Below are positions 39,936-54,199 of a stretch of DNA of 64,000 nucleotides, piece by piece. Under the pieces are notes generated by a model, which saw nothing but the letters and a program-made list of their open reading frames with translations, was not told the DNA's origin and did not search any database. Position 1 is the first letter of the stretch, and each line of letters begins with the position of its first letter. The position numbers were made by a program, and so were the translations under genes. The DNA is from Octopus sinensis (lineage: Eukaryota): NCBI RefSeq assembly GCF_006345805.1, contig NC_043011.1, forward strand, positions 57,796,464-57,860,463, read 5' to 3'.

Positions 39936-40058
39936 TTTCTTCTTCTTCTTCTTCTTCTTCTTCTTCTTCTTCTTCTTCTTCTTCTTCTTCTTCTTCTTCT
40001 TCTTTTTTCTTCTTCTTCTTCTTCTTCTTCTTCTTTCTTCTTCTTCTTCTTCTTCTTC
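39936..40058. repeat. (CTT)n tract about 215 bp after the C22orf15-like stop codon
   Basis: Direct reading. Confidence 0.95.
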
Positions 40059-40676
40059 ACGGGGCGACAGATGGAACAATCATAAGCACGCCGGGCAAAA
40101 CGGAGTCGATAAAACAATTACCAGTTATGTACTGGGATCGATGTAATCAACGTACCCCTCCCCTCAAATTTTTGTTCCTGTGCCTCTATAATTGAAAGGA
40201 CCATTAAACGTGTGTGCATTTGATGTTCCTATTCGTTGCCCAAGAATTTGCTGTCGATTATGTTGATGTCCCTTTATAACCCCGATCATAGATGGTTCCA
40301 AGTTCTACGGAAATTGAATCAATATCGAAAATATCGATATCGACTTAATAAAATTCAATAAAATTCAATAAAAATAACTTTATTGAATCAAGTTATGGGC
40401 ACCCGAAAACATACGTGTGTGATCTTTAAGGTATTGGCTTACTTCGACTGTAAACATAAACATGTATATAAAAACGACATCACTTTACATAATTTAATAA
40501 AAAGTTATTTTTAAGAATTGTGGCATTATAACCTTTTTGGAAAAATATGTTCTTTTTTAGCGTTTTCTATAATTGGATTAATTGTTGATTGGAGGAAAGG
40601 TTACTTCGATCACTTGTATTTTTCGCCAACGTTTTTCGATATATAGAATTTCGATCAACTGTTTTGTTTTAACTGT

Positions 40677-41060
40677 GGGAAGCACTCCGTCGGTTACGAC
40701 GACGAGGGTTCCGGTTGATCCGATCAACGGAACAGCCTGCTCGTGAAACTAACGTGTAAGTGGCTGAGTACTCCACAGACACGTGTACCCTTAACGTAGT
40801 TCTCGGGGATATTCAGCGTGACACAGAGAGTGACAAGGCCGGCCCTTTGAAATACAGGTACAACAGAAACAGGAAGTAAGAGTGAGAGAAAGTTGTGGTG
40901 AAAGAGTACAGCAGGGATCACCACCATCCCCTGTCTGAGCCTCGTGGAGCTTTAGGTGTTTTCGCTCAATAAACACTCACAACGCCCGGTCTGGGAATCG
41001 AAACCGTGATCCTACGACCGCGAGTCCACTGCCCTAACCACTGGGCCATTGCGCCTCCAC
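40677..41060 (-). mobile_element. tRNA-derived SINE family C, full-length, with 12-bp TSD
   Basis: Head ggcgcaatggcccagtggttagggcagtggactcgcggtcgtaggatcacggtttcgattcc; tgttttaactgt at 40665-40676 and 41061-41072. Confidence 0.9.
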
Positions 41061-41285
41061 TGTTTTAACTGTATGCCTACCACAACTGGACATCAAAATA
41101 ATTTCGTTCACGTTTCAAATTACTTCCCAGCCATTCGGAAGTAAAATGATGAGACAAATAACAGCTTGTACATACAACATTTTATTATTTCATATTCCAT
41201 CATAAAATTTCTATTCTCGAACCATGATGGTTAACTGGTGTTGAAGGCAAGCCTCAAATAAACTGACCAATGTTTTATCATTTAA

Positions 41286-41684
41286 CTAGCAGTATCGCCC
41301 GGCGTTGCTCGAGTTTGTAAGGGAAATAACTATATAAGCATTTTTAGAGAGTTATAGCCCCAAAATAGCAAAAAATGCATTAAAAATGGGAAAAAAAATG
41401 ACGGCAATTTAAAAAAAAAATCGTTGACTCATCGTAGACATTTTTAGAGAGTTACTTCCCTTATATAATAGCGAAAAAATGCATTAAAATGGAAAAAAAT
41501 GATGGTAAAAGTTTTTTTAAATCGTAGACTCATCGTAGACGTGCGCTAATACCCAGAAGGGCTCGATATGAATCACGACTATAAGATACCCGGTTTTGGT
41601 TAAGCTGCACCGCAAAATGTGGGAGTAGTTAGGAATCTAAATCGTAGGAGACAGACACACAACCTCACTTTGATATATAAAGAT
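41286..41684 (+). mobile_element. Helentron/HINE-like non-autonomous element, copy 2
   Basis: Same termini as copy 1; different internal segment. Confidence 0.6.
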
Positions 41685-42277
41685 GTACAGGAATCAAACG
41701 ATAAATTGTATTGTTAAACATGCTTAACCAAGCTGTGAAGTTTTATATCCCAAGCTAAAGACCAAACATATTTAGAGATCAACAGCGTAATCGTGATATT
41801 AATATTAATCCGCTTTACACTCGCTCTCAGGTCAAACCGGATTAAGCCAGAGCCGGTTTTGTTTATGTGGACAATATACTATTATTTCCTGGAATGTCTT
41901 TCCGTTCTCATCATCCGATCACCGGATTCTAATTGTTTACTTTACTCTAATTAATTATCTGAGCCATGCATACACTATATGAAGCAATAATTACACACAC
42001 ACACACGCGCACATAGGCACACACACAGGCACACACACACAGAGGCACACACACATACACATGCAGGTACATACACACACACACGCATTTATATGTATAA
42101 TATATATGTATTATTATATGTATAATATTATATATATGTAATTATTTATATGTATAATATATATATATATATATATATTTGTATGTATATTTTATATACT
42201 AAATGTGAAATGTATATATTATCTATCCTTCTGTGTCTCTCTTTTTCTATCTCTCTCTTTCTCTGTCTTTCTTTCGT

Positions 42278-42340
<63 letters not shown>

Positions 42341-42346
42341 GTCTGT

Positions 42347-42426
<80 letters not shown>

Positions 42427-44054
42427 ACGAGCGCTGGCACAAAACTTCTGAACCACTCCCAGTCATGAGAAAAAAAGAAAAAAAGAAAATAGAAAAGATT
42501 ATTAGTTTCCTGAACTTTTCTCTTTTTCTTATTCAGACGTTACATTTTTTTTTGCTAGATTCGTTATTTTCTACTTGAGAAACAAATCTTAAACAAATTA
42601 CAGATTTATCGTATGCATTCTTTACACCCATTCACCACCGTGTTCCGTCCATACATACACGTTTATACATGCATACCCAAACATACAGACTTATATATAC
42701 GGTGTGTGCTTTCTGTCTCTCTGGCTTGTTTTCTTGGGTTCATTAACGAGCCTTGACAAGTTCTCAAATATTTCGATGAATTCATCTGAACAGAGTGCCC
42801 AGGGAATTTATGCCAAGCCCATCTAATCCGATAAACATGGCAGCAAATCGCTCATAAATTGTATGTAGCACCAACCAAATATATTGAGTGCTACATTTCT
42901 TATTTGTCCATTCACTTTCATGCATATATACGAGTATTTATGTATATATGCTCTCAAACGTCTGGAGAGATGGGCGCGCTTTCACGTCCACGAAACTTTT
43001 AGTAACACGAAGAACTAAGTCAACCTGATCTTCAGTATACACAATTCCAGCTTTGTGTTGTGATGGCTGGTGTTTCCGTTCGCTTCTTCACTCACTCATA
43101 TCATTGATACATATATATGTGTGTGTTAGCGTATAAATCAATATATTAGAAATCAATAATCGATAATTAATTGTGAAACAGGAAATAAATAAAATGATTC
43201 ATAAACTTCATGTGACAAAAACCAAAAACAAATCAAAATGAAAACATCAATGGCAAATAAACAGGAAATGCAGAAATAATATTTTCAAAAGATCCGCTAC
43301 CTAAACCCACACCCAACAGCTAATTTGAATTGATATGTGTAAAATTATTTTCATCAATCAATAATTATATTTCTGAAGGAAGAAAAATAATTTAAATGAG
43401 TCAAAGCAATCACAAATAAACAATGTGTTCAAAAAGTCTCTCCGCAGTAAGTATTTAGAGGTTTCGGGTGATTCTTGTACACCAATCCTTTACTTGCTCC
43501 TCAGGAAAAAAAAAGTCTGGTGGTGTTAAATTTGGTGATATTGGTGGCCAAAGTCCCTTCGAAATAATCCGTTCACCGAAAAATTCTTGAAGTAGCACCG
43601 TTGTGATGCGGAGGATGGAAAAAATCCACTGCGGTGAGACTTTCTGAACACCCTGTACTCACTTTTGTAGTAGTTCTAAACAAATACAATTATTGTAATA
43701 TAATCGGGGCAATGTTTACATTCGTTTACTCTTTTACATGTTCCAATCGTTGTACTGCGTCCATGCTGGAGTACTGCTAACACAACGCCAGAAGTCGGAT
43801 CAATTACGCATGACAGCTCGTCCGACCTTGTGACCATTCCAGTATTACACCGTCTTAGACGTTACTTTTTCATGGATTCTGGAAATCTGAAGGGCAAAGT
43901 TGACCCCAGCACATGTTGAACCCAGAATTCACTGCCGGAATAAAGTTACAAGTTATATATTCCGTGGTTCTAACGAGTTTGACAATTCACCTCTTATTAT
44001 AAGGTGTTCCCTTTATGACCATCTCATCTTTTTATATATAACAGTATATGACCC

Positions 44055-44500
44055 CCTGTATCCGTGTGTTTCCCAACTACGTGGTTCCATGTTCAGTTCC
44101 ACTGCGTAGAAACTTGGGAAAGTGTCTTCTGTTATAGCCTCGGACCGACCAAAACATTTGATTGGATTTAGTAGACGGAAACTGAAAGAAGCCCGTCGTA
44201 TATATTCACACACATGCACCTGTGTGTGTGTGTTTGTATGTTTGTGTGTGTGTATATGCGTGTGCTTATGTCTGTTTTTATCGGCCACCAACCTCTTATC
44301 AACTGGTTTTGGCGTGTTTACGTCCCCGCGACTTAGCAATTCGACTAAAGAGACGAATAGAATAAGTACCATGCTTAAAAAAAAATTAATGTTGTGGCGA
44401 TCCTTTCCTAATCCTAATCCTAATCCTTTCGACTCAAAATGCTTCAAGGCGGTGCCCCAGCATGACCGCACTCTAATGAGTGGAGCAAGTAAAAGATAAA
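44055..44500 (+). mobile_element. SINE family B, full-length, with an (CCTAAT)n insertion near the 3' end
   Basis: Head, CORE-like segment, 3' half. Confidence 0.85.
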
Positions 44501-46919
44501 AGTTGCATGAACTGTAGGTATTAGGCTGCTTTTTCTAACAGAATCGAGCGACCACGTAAAGGCTCCCTGATGTTGTAGTATTCGGTGGCTTATGACATGA
44601 ACAATTCATAAGAACCAATATGTCCATGCGTTCCAAGGCAGCTTGTTATGCAATTAATGTCCACCTTTGCTTGTCAGGGAAATGTAATTCATTTAGCACA
44701 GCAAAACAGCCTGTTTTTCACCCCATCTAACACTGGGAAGGTCACCATCCTATCTCCGAAGAAAACAAGGTTAATGTGCAATCGTAGCAATAAGCTGCGT
44801 GATTTGTTAATTTGCACTTTTGAGATTATAGAGTTTCTCGAAGAAAATAATGGAAGCTGTGATTTAGTATCAAGTGATAAACAGATACGTTGCATCTGCA
44901 TAATGCTCTGACAAAATGACATAAATTGAAACAGCTTCTGGTAGCATCAGTGTACAAGAACAAAGATATAATGAATATAATATAATACTTCCTTCACAGC
45001 CCTGGTCACAGTTGTGACACTGCATTAATTTGCCCCTTTCAATTAGAGTTAAGTTAGATAAATACAAGTGGTTGAACTGCAGCAACCTTCATTCTTAAAG
45101 TAATTAATTAGAATTCTCAAGGAATGATCAACTATGTTTAGCAGCTTTTTAGAGCCATGCTTACCACTAGAAGGTGTTAATTGCAATAGCTTGAAGGATA
45201 GTTTATAATTTACAGATGTTCAAACCGGGGATAATTAAGTGAATAAACTATGCTAATTCCTCGCAGACTAACACATTATCACTTCACGCAGTCCTGATTC
45301 TTTGCTGGAACGGCAAATATTTTTCTTGCTTCATCTCGAACATTCTACAGTTGCCACGAGACACAAACTTTTATTACTGGTTTCTTGCACTAATTATACA
45401 AAATGTTATGACAACTTCTTATTGTTAAATTGCCTGGAAATATGTGTTAGATATTGATTGGATGAGCACCCTTCTCATTATACTTGCAGCAACGAAACCA
45501 TATTATTAAAATGAAAAAGCAATTTTCTCTGACGGTTTAGTCGTGAGGACTTTGTGAAAATTGTCTCATGTTAATTGTGAATATAAAGAAAAACATTTAT
45601 CATAAATGTTTGAAAGTCTTTCAACCTGAAGCAAGTATTTGTTTTATGCTTCCCTCACTCTCTCCCTCTCTGCCTTGATTTCTCTCACCCCCCCCTCTCT
45701 CTCTCTCTCTCTTCCATTTTTTTATTCTTTGAATATGAAGGAATTTGTAATTGTTGGTGCTTGTAATCGTCATTATTCGTTCGCCAACATTTTTACTAAA
45801 ACCAAGAAACTACTCACAGATGACGTATCGATTGTTTTGTTTTATTTGCATAATTCTAAAGTCATGTTTTCTATAATCTATTCAGTTAACAATTACAACA
45901 GAAATGAATTTTAAAATATTACTTAAAATATTCCAGACGTTTCTGTCCATTTTCCATCGATAAGATCCGCGTTATAGACACACACAACGCTAGACGCACG
46001 AACGGTTCAAGCAAAATTAAGGATATCTTTTCCAATGTCAACAAGTGGAGTTGAAAAACCGTTTCTAACACGATTCTTACAATTCGGAATGGTGTATAAA
46101 CCCTCTTATTGCTTCGATTAATGAAAGCTCAGGAAGACAGCCGTAAAAGCAAGCATCCCTCTGTGACCGTCTGTATGCAGAGTCAAAGCTGAAGACTTCC
46201 AGTAGCATCTTCTACCTTTATCCGTCGCATCTTTCCCTGTCGCCATTCGAATTACGAAGAAAGTGTGACGGTGTTGGTACTGAAGAAACAACCGGCACAA
46301 TTGAATTGTATTAGGATGGGCTTCGTTTGTGCAGATCTAGTCTCACACTTTTGTCCTTCAAACTTGTGTTGGTCTGGTGCAACAAGTGCCACGAACCTGG
46401 TTGCTATCAAAATCCGGGATTTGTAAGGACTTAGCGTTTCTTATACGAGCAGCTAAAGAGCTGAAGGGACTCACCTACCCAGGATCTTTTGGTGGGTCTG
46501 TGAGTAACCTCTTTCCAGAGATAGTTCCGTGACATACGTACTAACTCATAGCTGAGACCCTAGATGGCACTACTACTCCGAGTCAGTGCAGACTGGAGCA
46601 TATAATAGTTAAGAAGTGGTTCCACACTCCTTTAAACCTCGGAACCACAGAACCAAGGCCCCGATGCCGGATGCTAGCAATGAAGAAAATCACAAAAGAC
46701 CGAAAAATTATATTTCCGTCCATGACTTAAGACAAAAATGTTGGTTAGATTACGAACCCTACCGTTAGATTTCTGTTCCTTCGATTTATGCTAGATGTGA
46801 GTAGCTTTAAGACTGATATGTTTACTGGCTTCGATCATTAGGTAGCAGCCATGGAGAGGCATTGGCTTCATGGATTTACGGATCAAATTAATCTTAATAC
46901 TTAATTTTCAAGTTTAGCG

Positions 46920-47031
46920 CTCTTTTTTTCTTTTATTAGTACACCGATAAGTTATGGCAACGCAAACAGACCAACGCCAGTAGATAAATCGTTTTGAAGG
47001 AAACACAAATACGTACACACACAGAGACAGA

Positions 47032-47085
<54 letters not shown>

Positions 47086-47290
47086 CAATATGTATATGTA
47101 TATGTATATATATATATATATACAATATGTATATGTCCATGCGGACAGACTTCCGTACAGTTTCTAACTACGAAATGTACTGACAGGCATTCCAATCCCG
47201 GAACCGTAAATGGTAAAAGAGAGTTGGCCAAGGCACAGCCATGCAGTAAGGGTGGATTCGAACCTACGTGATTTCGAAGTGAACATCTTA
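46920..47290 (-). mobile_element. SINE family B (diverged)
   Basis: ccgataagttatggcaacgcaaacagaccaacgccag...tggattcgaacc...cttaaccccacagc. Confidence 0.6.
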
Positions 47291-47840
47291 ACCCCACAGC
47301 TAGTCTTACGCCTATACATAAAACGTTTTCATGAACTTTTATATAATTCAAACGATGTCTGTGGACCTATCCACTATTTTCCCATAATCACGGTTAATGG
47401 TAAAGACCCTTCTATAAACTCTATGACACAAATTGATCCTTGGTGCCAATGTCTTCATGTTCCATTCTTTTATGTTTCTCCTTGTCTTAGTACTAAACTT
47501 AAACCACAAAAATATTCTTTGGGTGAGTACAGATGAATGGATTGGGCTATTATATTGGCGTATGATCGGTAGATCAATAATTAAAATAAAAAAAAAATAT
47601 TGAATTAATAAAAGGGAAAAAGACGATGGCATCATTCAGTCGGAACCATTTATAAATCGAGGAATAAAGGTTGCGTTAGAATATTTATGGATGAGCATAA
47701 TTTTGAATTGGAGAAAATGATGAACTACCGTATTTTATTGTGCACAAGCTCATACTGATTTTGTGTTTTCCTGGGGCTCTGAGTTGATTGATGTCTGCGA
47801 AGACCTTTATTGTCTCTCTCTCTCTTTCTCTCTCTCTCTT

Positions 47841-47891
<51 letters not shown>

Positions 47892-48768
47892 GACAGGATT
47901 GCCTACGAAAATCAAAACAGTATCACAAAAACAACAGCTAAAAAGAAAACGATGTATATGTACATGTAATACGTACATCCACAAAAACACATATATATAT
48001 ATACACACATACACACACACGTATATATATATATTATATATATATGTATATACATATACACACACACACACACATATATATATATATTATATATATACGT
48101 ATATACATATACATACATACACACACACACACATACACACATATATATATATATATATATACACGCATATATCTATACAGAAATACAAAAAAGAAAGATT
48201 ATTTTCCAACATTCATAACGAACGTAGAAAGCGAAATCCTTTCTGATTACTTTTCGCATCTCGTCTGCAGAAGCCATTTCTCTGCCACAATCAACAACAG
48301 CAGATATTGTCTCCATTATGCAATAAAATAAGTTTAAAACCGGGATAATTTCTATTATTTCGATTTCTATTCAACTTTTATGCATTTAGTGCCTAAAGGC
48401 TCCACAGTTGTTCTTTTCCTAATGTTGTAATGCATAAAACCCGCCATCTTGAAGATTTAGGATCTGGGAATTATACACATATCTACATAATACATACATA
48501 CATACATACACAGATACATACATACATGCATATATACACACACACACACGCACAGATATATAAATACGTACATACATACAATACATACACACATATACAT
48601 ATATATATATATATATATATACATACATACATACATGCATAGATACACACACACACGCACAGATATATAAATACGTACGTACATACATGCAATACATACA
48701 CACATATACATATATATACATATATATACATACATACATACATACATGCATACATACATACACACACC

Positions 48769-48814
<46 letters not shown>

Positions 48815-49604
48815 GGTATGTATGCGTGAATATATGCGCAGTAAACGACTTGGGAAGAATTTGTAAGGTGAAAATATATTGATAAGATTAAAGCATGGCA
48901 GGACATACTACTTCAAAGCAATTGAAAGATTAATGATCTACATTTCCATAATGGAATTGTGGAATTTATTATGCTATATACCAAGAAACGGAGATGTTGC
49001 TAAGCTCTGAGATTGGGCGGTATTGATCCCCTTCTTTGCATCGATTCACAGAAATAAATTACTCAGTATTTGGTGCGATGTGTGGATAAATCTTTTGTCG
49101 AGAAGTAGACGGACATTAGAGAAACAGTTAAAAGGAGGACCGCCATAGCGGTCTTATGAGTAACAATGCAAGAGGACACCCTTGGGATGTAGTCAGACAG
49201 AAACCAACGAAATTTCAGTTGAATACTTATATATTTGGCGCTTAAAACCTCTGGGATTGGTTTTTTTCTCAAAATATTTAAGGCTAGAGTGATAACTTAC
49301 CAGTTTCGTTAAATATAAAATCGATTTGTCCAATTGTAGAGACATGTAGCATAAACGACCGTTTATGCAGCATGTGAAATGGTAAAAATGCAATAACAAA
49401 AGCAATGACTTAAAAATGTGCAAAATTATTGTAAAATTGAGAGAAGGGCTTAGGATTTGCTCAATGTCGAATGTATTACGAACGTTTCTGACACACTCTG
49501 GATCCATTTACGGTAAGTTTTAAAAATTTTAGAAAATATATCGAGAGGTTGATACCCACAATGGTTGGGTTTCATTGAATTTATAGTCACAAATATTGGT
49601 TTTA

Positions 49605-50407
49605 AGTTTTAGCACAAGGCCAGCAAGTTCAGGAGTGGTGGTCAGTCAATTTCATCGATTCCCAATGCTCAACTGGTATTTATTTCATCGATCTCGAAAG
49701 GATGAAATGCAAAGTCGACCTCAGAGGAATTTGACCTTAGAATGTAAAGGCGGGCGAAATACCGCTAAGCTTTTTTGCCCGGCGATCTAACGATTCTTTA
49801 AACATTAAAAATATTGATTTAGAATTTTGATGGAGGACCAGAAATTTTTGGGGAAAGGAACTCTATTATATTGACCCCAATGGTCAGCTGGTTCTTATTT
49901 GTTCGATCTCGAAATGATGAAGGCCAATCTTGACTCCGGCGGATTTTGAACTCAGAACGTCAAGTCGGAAGAACTGCCAGCTCACCACTTCCGATAGTAA
50001 TAAATACTCTTTTCTACTCTAGGCACAAGGCCCGAAATTTTGAGGGAGGGGGCTAGTGGATTAGATCGACCTCAGTACGAAACTGGTGCTTAATTTACCG
50101 ACCCCGAAAGGATGAAAGGCAAAGTCGACCCAGCCGGAATTTGAACTCACAACGTAAAGACAGACAAAATACCTATTTCTTTATTGCCCACAAGGGGCTA
50201 AACATAGAGGGGACAAACAAGTACAGACAAACGGATTAAGTCAATTACATTGACCCCAGTGTCTCACTGATACTTAATTTATCGACCCCGAAAGGATGAA
50301 AGGCAAAGTCGACCTCGGCAGAATTTGAACTCAGAACGCAGCGGCGGACGAAATGCTACAAAGCATTTCGCTCGGCGTGCTAACGATTCTGCCAGCTCGC
50401 TGCCTTC
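49605..50407 (-). mobile_element. Cluster of four same-orientation SINE family A copies
   Basis: gaaaggatgaaaggcaaagtcgacc-like core near 49695, 49910, 50105 and 50295; fixed junction near 50170. Confidence 0.85.
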
Positions 50408-50885
50408 TGATAATAATAAATATTAACAAGTAAAATACTGAAAACTCCTCAGATAGAAAAATTCGGGGTCTAGTCACAGGCTTTATTCTGTCCAAACGGT
50501 TTTTATCACAAGCTTCTACCCGCTAACAGGTGTATGCATGTATGTATGCGCAGGGACGTGGAAACACCTGGGTTGGTGCCCAGGCGCGCAGGTGACCCAC
50601 TGGGAGTGGGTGACCCCTTCTTTTGTTGTCACAACATCTCTCTAGGAGAGGAAAACTCTGAGAGAAAACCTGTGACACTGACAATATTCGATAATGTAGA
50701 CTAGTTCTTCTTTTCGAGTTTGTTGTCCATATTCAGAGAGTGGGATTGGATCTGTGCAAATACTCTCCGCACCATAAACAAAATCATCTTTCACAGGCAT
50801 CGTTTGAAAAATAAAAAGGTCGTAAGGTTCGAATGTGTGAAATCAGGCGATAGCAGTACTCGAACACGAGTTTGCAGCCATCAAT

Positions 50886-50964
<79 letters not shown>

Positions 50965-51010
50965 ATGTATGTATATATGCATATATGTATGTATATATAT
51001 AGGGAGAGTT

Positions 51011-51082
<72 letters not shown>

Positions 51083-52629
51083 GGGTGAGTTTATACATAT
51101 ATATACATACACACACACACACATTATATATATATTATGTATATAAGGATTTTCATCGATTGTTCTTGTGACAATGTTGCAATAAATTACAATATGAAGA
51201 TGCGTATTATAAGAAAGGTATACATTGGCGGTAATGCAAGACGTGTTCGGCATTGGTAAGTGTGGAGACTGTACCACTTCTTCCCACTCGGTTTAATGGG
51301 TCTTCCTCATGAACGAAAAGACTGTCCCAGCATTGTCTTACAGCTGTAACACATTTATATGTTAATACAATATCACAATACAGCGAGTAGAAAGACAATT
51401 AAATGCTATGCGGCGCTAATACACTAATGTACAAAACTTTGGTTTAACTACGTTTTATAACTATCGATATTGCTGTTCTAGCTGAACCAGAACACTATCG
51501 AACCGAATCATATTAATCAATTTAAGCTCTAATACAGATCAATTAATTTCTTAATATAATTTTAACATGATTGAAATGTAATTACAGGCTTAACACAGTT
51601 TAATATAATTATGTCATCACTCCGACACGTAATGCCGTTGTGAGTCGTCTATAATGGCTCGGCTTATCTTTCCTCTCATTTGCTGAGACAACATTTCGGT
51701 CAGCAATTAACTCTGGAAGCACTATGTCTCTGTAGTTTTAGTCTGGAACTTTTCTTTGAATGGGTTACAGAGAGAAAGAAGGGCAGCGCCGACAGATCTC
51801 TCCACGGAATCTAGACGAGATGGGACAGAAAGACCGTCCACTCACCAGAGTAACGTTGGTGAAAGTCACTCAAGGCATATTTGGGAAAGTTAAACGGGGA
51901 GAGAGATAGCTTATCGGCGCGAGAATGCAATCAGCCCATTCGAGAAGCTTTTGCAAAGTTCCTTTTTACCGAAATTCATTCAGAAAGTATTAATCGACTC
52001 GACTGAGATTATGGATGGGAGAAGACCTGTGATCGAGATGGTGTTGCTGTGGAATCGAAACGGAAATAATATAATTGTGAAGTTGGAATGTCTCATTCAA
52101 AAGCGCCATGTCTTTGGTTATGGAATGGGATAACAGTGGAAATACAGTGAAATCCCACGCTACAGATAGAAGGTAAAATGTCAAAGGCATACATACATAT
52201 ATATATATACACACATACATACGTACGTACGTTCATACATACATACACACATACATACGTACGTGCGTTCGTACATACATACATACGTACGTTCGTACAT
52301 ACATACATACATACGCACGTTCGTATATACATACATATGTGTTTCTGGGCAAGTGTGTATGTGTGTGTACGTGCCTCTCTCTCCCTCTCTTTTTGTATAC
52401 ACGCCCACACACACACACGTACACAGATGCGCATCCTCGGGGGATCAGAGTCAAAGCAGTGCTGTATCATCTTCAGTTTCTCCATATTTTATAGACTCGC
52501 ACCGAAATATTGTTTTTAGTATTCCTCTTACAAACAACAAGAAAGAAATACACTAAATGCACACTATAAGGTTATCATCCAAATTACATTAATATGCGCA
52601 TACACACATAAATATATGTATATGCATAT

Positions 52630-53015
52630 ATACGTATGTCGTCAGCTCCAGAGCGTATCGGAACATTGGGTTCGTCAGTTCCATCCAGTCCCCACGGCTG
52701 ATGTTTGTGTCGAAAGTGACATTGGAGTCCAAGTCGGTGGTGAAAGAGTTGTAGGCAAAATTCGCACAGGATAGTCAGGCAGGTTGAGGATGTTGAAGAA
52801 GCTCCTTTCCTCTCCTGTGTTTTACCTGCTCGTTCTGTTTTCTGTTCTGCTCGTGGGAGCTGGCTCCATTGCGGATAGCAGTCCTACAGGCTGTCCTATC
52901 CATGGCAATTTGTTCCCATGAGCATGGCGGGATGTTAGTTTGAGCCATGGTCCGTTTGAGCTGGTGTTTAAAACGGAATTTCGGACCTCCTCAGGGTCTT
53001 GTTTCGATTGCAAGG
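52630..53015 (-). pseudogene. RTE-clade LINE ORF2 C-terminal remnant
   Basis: GGPKFRFKHQLKRTMAQTNIPPCSWEQIAMDRTACRTAIRNG followed by a CEFC...HFRHKH zinc-finger-like end, typical of RTE/BovB-like ORF2. Confidence 0.7.
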
Positions 53016-53022
53016 TTTCTCC

Positions 53023-53056
<34 letters not shown>

Positions 53057-53267
53057 TGATGTGTGTGTGTGTGTATGTGTGTGTGTATGTGTGTGTGTGT
53101 GTGTGTATGTGTGTGTGTGTGTGTATGTATGTATATATCTATGTATATATATATATATATATATTGTTATATTTCGGAATGGTCATTTTGCCAGTTTAGC
53201 CAATATATATATACATACATATATACATACATATATATATATATATGTATGTATATATATGTATATG

Positions 53268-53301
<34 letters not shown>

Positions 53302-53454
53302 TGTATGTATGTATGATGTATGTATGTATGTATGTATGTATGTATATATATATACATATATATGTATAAGGGTGGAAAGGAATGGAAAGGAACACACGAG
53401 TTGATATATATGAAAAACAAGTCAAAAATAGAAAATGCTAAGATGATTTTATAG

Positions 53455-53510
53455 TGAATCTTTCAGTACCGGTTTCGTCATTTTGAGACCTTTTCAACTG
53501 TAACGATTAA
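53455..53510 (-). ncRNA. Inverted second copy of the hammerhead motif, with a 1-nt deletion in stem II
   Basis: Reverse complement reads TAATCGTTACAG-TTGAAAA-GGTCTCAAAATGAC-GAAACCGGTA-CTGAAAGATTCA (GAC rather than GACC). Confidence 0.6.
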
Positions 53511-54142
53511 ATAATTAAATTTAGAAAAATTAGAAGAAAAAGTTTTTAAAAAAAATATATTTCTGTAGTAGTGTTCAGATATAAGTAGCATCTGCCTTCT
53601 CTGACTCCCTTGTTTGCACTTGTGTGTTCGAGGTCGTTTTGAGTTCTTGGAGATAGGTGAAGAATAATGAGGCTGATGTGGAGAGGGGGTGGGGAAATCT
53701 GGGAATGCCTTAATGGTCGTATTTTGAATGGTCAGTTGCTGACAGTAGTCGCAGTTCAATCAGAAATTGTTTATGGAATTTGCGTAGGCGTTATACTGCA
53801 AAGACATTAGTGACAAGGTTAAGGGGTGGAAGGTGGAGAAGTAGAAGAAGAAGAAGATGACGATGTTGATGATGATGATGATGAAGAAGAAGAAGAAGAA
53901 GAAGGAGTCAGCAACTGACCATTCAAAATACGACCATTAAGGCATTCCCAGATTTCCCCACCCCCTCTCCACATCAGCCTCATTATTCTTCACCTATCCT
54001 CCAAGAACTCAAAACGACCTCGAACACACAAGTGCAAACAAGGGAGTCAGAGAAAGGCAGAATGCTACTTATATCTGAACACTACTACAGAAATATATTT
54101 AAAAAAAAAAACTTTTCTTCTAATTTTTCAAAATTTAATTAT

Positions 54143-54199
54143 TGAATCGTTACAGTTGAAAAGGTCTCAAAATGACCGAAACCGGTACTGAAAGATTCA
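54143..54199 (+). ncRNA. Type I hammerhead ribozyme motif in a Penelope-like pseudo-LTR
   Basis: TGAATC-gtta-CAG (stem I) / TTGAAAA core / GGTC-tcaaaat-GACC (stem II) / GAAA / C-cg-GT-A (short palindromic stem III, GUA site, predicted cut after 54187) / CTG-aaa-GATTCA (stem I partner). Confidence 0.75.

Noticed and set aside
46090-46440. Long plus-strand frame interrupted by one TGA (selenoprotein idea)
   Set aside because: No start context, no recognisable selenoprotein motif, and no SECIS identified.
49193-52133. Several GTAAGT/GTGAGT donors (49300 -, 49512 +, 51256 +, 51846 -) and 50-100-aa open frames
   Set aside because: They could not be chained into a recognisable protein; such hexamers are expected every few kb by chance.
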